A stretch of 64,000 bases of DNA from Chrysomallon squamiferum (Eukaryota; Animalia; Mollusca). How positions within the stretch are numbered: the first letter of the stretch is position 1; each line of letters starts with the position of its first letter. Made by a program: the position numbers and the translations under genes. Location: contig CM022666.1 in the NCBI GenBank assembly GCA_012295275.1, positions 10,912,001-10,976,000 on the forward strand. Direction: 5' to 3'. Under the pieces are notes generated by a model. That model was not told where the DNA came from, ran no database searches, and was given only the letters and a program-made list of their open reading frames with translations. Shown piece after piece: positions 61,101-64,000 of this stretch.

Positions 61101-62020
61101 CAAGTGCTAGCAAATATTTGTATTGTGTTCCATTTCATTTGAGTAAGTGCGTATAAAGGTTTTGTTGCTCAAAGCTGACATCAGCAGTCCCTGGTGTAGA
61201 GGGTTACAGGACTTCTGTAGCCTATATTATGTAGATACCCAACTGGAAATACACAAAAGATGTGTGCAATCTACATACAAATAACTAATGATAAACAATT
61301 TTTTATTCAAAAAGATGAAAATAAAGATGGTGTCTGTTTTACTAATATTTATTTATTCAGATTAGTTATTGTATTTACAAACCTTTAATTGTATAACCAC
61401 AAAATAAATATGTAAATGAGAGGTGCAATAAACAGTCATGGAATATTAATATCAGTTTTAGATGAAAAAATACAAAACAAAAAATGCTCGGTTGGCAAAA
61501 ACCACCAAAGACTGAGTAATTTTAAAACATTATAATGTATAAAATAAAAACTGTTTTGGAATGTTTTCAGTATTATAGTATCACGAGTACAATTATATTC
61601 TGACTGTCTGTTTTATGTTTAATATCTCATTCCAACCATCTTTTAAAATATTTTGCTTATCTGAAATAGTCTTTTACCATTTATTTTAATTTTAATTTAT
61701 TATATTTTTATAATAAAAACTAAAAAAACTTTTTTTTCTAGCATCTTTTAAGCAATCCAACAAAGAAATTATTGGCAGTCTTTCATAATTAATAATAATA
61801 ATAATATAAATTATGAAAAGATTAATTCTTCATTTTTATATTTCTAAAGTTTGAATAATCCATCAGATCTTTCAGTCATGTATATAATTAGTGTAACAAA
61901 AATTATATTAAAAATATAAAGCAAGAAAAACAACTGATTAATAACAATTCAGATCTAAGCATTTGAAATATCTATTTGGAAACAAACTGCATGAAACTGA
62001 ATTCTACACAACTGATTTTC

Positions 62021-62256
62021 AGGTGCAAGATCCTAGGATGGGGTGGGGATGTCGTTTATCTGAATTTCTTCTACTGAATTATCATTTTTAAGTCATTTAA
62101 AAATATATATATGTCTACTAAACAAAAATAATGTATTATTTGTCCATATAAAATATATACTGAAAAAAAAAAAAACTACCCTATAATTATATAAAGCACC
62201 TACATTTTTCTATCACTCTACTTCCAGTCTTTTTGAATATTCCAGGATCTGCACCT
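62021..62256. mobile_element. Small MITE-like element
   Basis: Imperfect inverted termini aggtgcaagatcctagga (62021-62038) and tccaggatctgcacct (62241-62256). Confidence 0.55.
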
Positions 62257-62424
62257 ACTGTCACAGTGATACATTTTTAAATATGAATATGACTATATCA
62301 TGTAAAAACATATAAAATATCTATATATAAATCTGTAGATAATGTAGTCCATACACCACTTATTATGCTATACTTTATACATCATGACATTCATACAAAT
62401 ATAGAGTTCTGTTTATAGAAGCAG

Positions 62425-62450
62425 TAATAATAATAATAATAATAATAATA

Positions 62451-62510
<60 letters not shown>

Positions 62511-62562
62511 GTGTATAAGAATCTTTTAGTATCAGCTTTCCTTCATTCAAATAACAATGATA

Positions 62563-62611
<49 letters not shown>
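62425..62611. repeat. (TAA)n abutting (TTA)n (self-complementary), followed by (CA)n
   Basis: Seen directly. Confidence 0.9.
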
Positions 62612-62614
<3 letters not shown>

Positions 62615-64000
62615 ACAGTAACACACACACCCATATTATAAAGACAATATAAGGGACAATAAGAATTCACTGTAGTTGTTAATATCGTGACTGATCAGGA
62701 AAAAGTAAATTAAGAAATATTAATAGTGTATGTACACAAAATATAGAATTTGCATAGTAAGAAGTTTCATGGATTTTTTCTCTCTCTCTCTGAGTATTGC
62801 TTTAATGTTTTAACAAAGACTGAAGTTCAAATTATGACTTCTTATATTACATATTTTATATTTTAGATATATTCTAATATTTAACAGTTAAATACATCAT
62901 GATCATCAAAAATGTGAAGAAAATAATTCTGAAGTAATCAGACTTTATCAATTTCTGATATTACAAGTTTTCAAAGTTTATTAAATTTGTTATTATTATT
63001 TTTTTTTTTTTTCTGCTGAAACTTTGAAACAACATTATCAAGAATAAAATAAGCATCATTAAACATTACTTAAATGATAAAACCTTTCAGAAATTGTATA
63101 ACAATGTAATAATCAAAAGTAAACAGGTAACAGACTGTTATACATTTTTTAATAGTTTGTATAAAAGTGCAACCTTTAAATTTAGAAAAAATATTACCAG
63201 AATATAATGTCGAAAAAAAGAAAACAAAATAAAACAATGGAAAATTCTTGACATTTATCCTCCAGTTCAACAATTTGCATTAAATACACATATTTTCATA
63301 AACTGTGCATACAAATGTTAATGACATGTCCAAGATATTTTTGTCACCATGTTAGGTAATATGAAAGTATAAATAAAAATAAAGATATAAATATCACCTA
63401 TAATAATTCTAGTTATAAGAAAAATGAACCCTACAAAGTCTGATAACATTTGATTCTGATTTTACATAAATATGATTTGATTATATTTTGAATATATATT
63501 GTCTGTTTTTAGATGTCAGATCCAATTATAATGAATAAAAAAGATATTTCAAAAATTTATAATACAAACATCATATTTTGGAAACTGTAAAATGTAAAAT
63601 TTTAATATTACTTGCGAGCATGTCTAACAATTTTTGCTATATCTTAACCTATAATAATAATAATAATAATAATCTTATAAAAAAAAAATTTAATATGGTA
63701 AATTAATCAAACCATATATATATAAATATATATATATATAACACACTAAATGGAGGTGGGCTATACATTTTCTTGGAATTAAAATTATTTTCAGGTTTTT
63801 CTCATGTCCTTAATTTTTGCAGGTATTTCATAAGATTTTAAAAATATTTAATGATTTTTCTTTAATAATTTCCAACTGTTTCAGAATGTTCCTGATTTTT
63901 CTCAAATATTACTATTTCTTTAATTTACCCGACTTTCACAGTTTCTGTGGAACATTTAAATTTTCTGCTGATTTTTCTTTTTCTCAGATATCTTCCCTCC

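Noticed and set aside
58113-64000. Region downstream of PIGZ
   Set aside because: AT-rich UTR/intergenic sequence; no supportable exons seen.

Overview
AT-rich, microsatellite-laden, intron-containing animal DNA. A lophotrochozoan/mollusc-like origin is an inference from composition and gene style only. Exon structures were rebuilt by hand from splice signals. Left to right: GM2 activator-like gene (-); two tandem paralogues of an unrecognised secreted precursor (-); RagA/RRAGA (-) head-to-head with a single-exon KIAA2013-like gene (+); a flavin-containing monooxygenase (+); a Bok-like Bcl-2 family gene (-); NCBP2/CBP20 (-) head-to-head with PIGZ (+), with a defective hAT-type (hATw-like, 7-bp TSD) transposon nested in a foldback element between them. 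Most notable: NCBP2 has two anciently duplicated, intact copies of its cap-binding exon 3. Each sits behind its own U12-type branch point/acceptor and ends in a U2-type donor, so they appear to be mutually exclusive exons enforced by minor/major spliceosome incompatibility. A short RNA stem brackets the second copy. Also notable: the precursor pair with a strongly conserved short peptide core, and reading-frame lesions in RRAGA, PIGZ, FMO and one precursor (probably assembly errors or alleles; needs reads).
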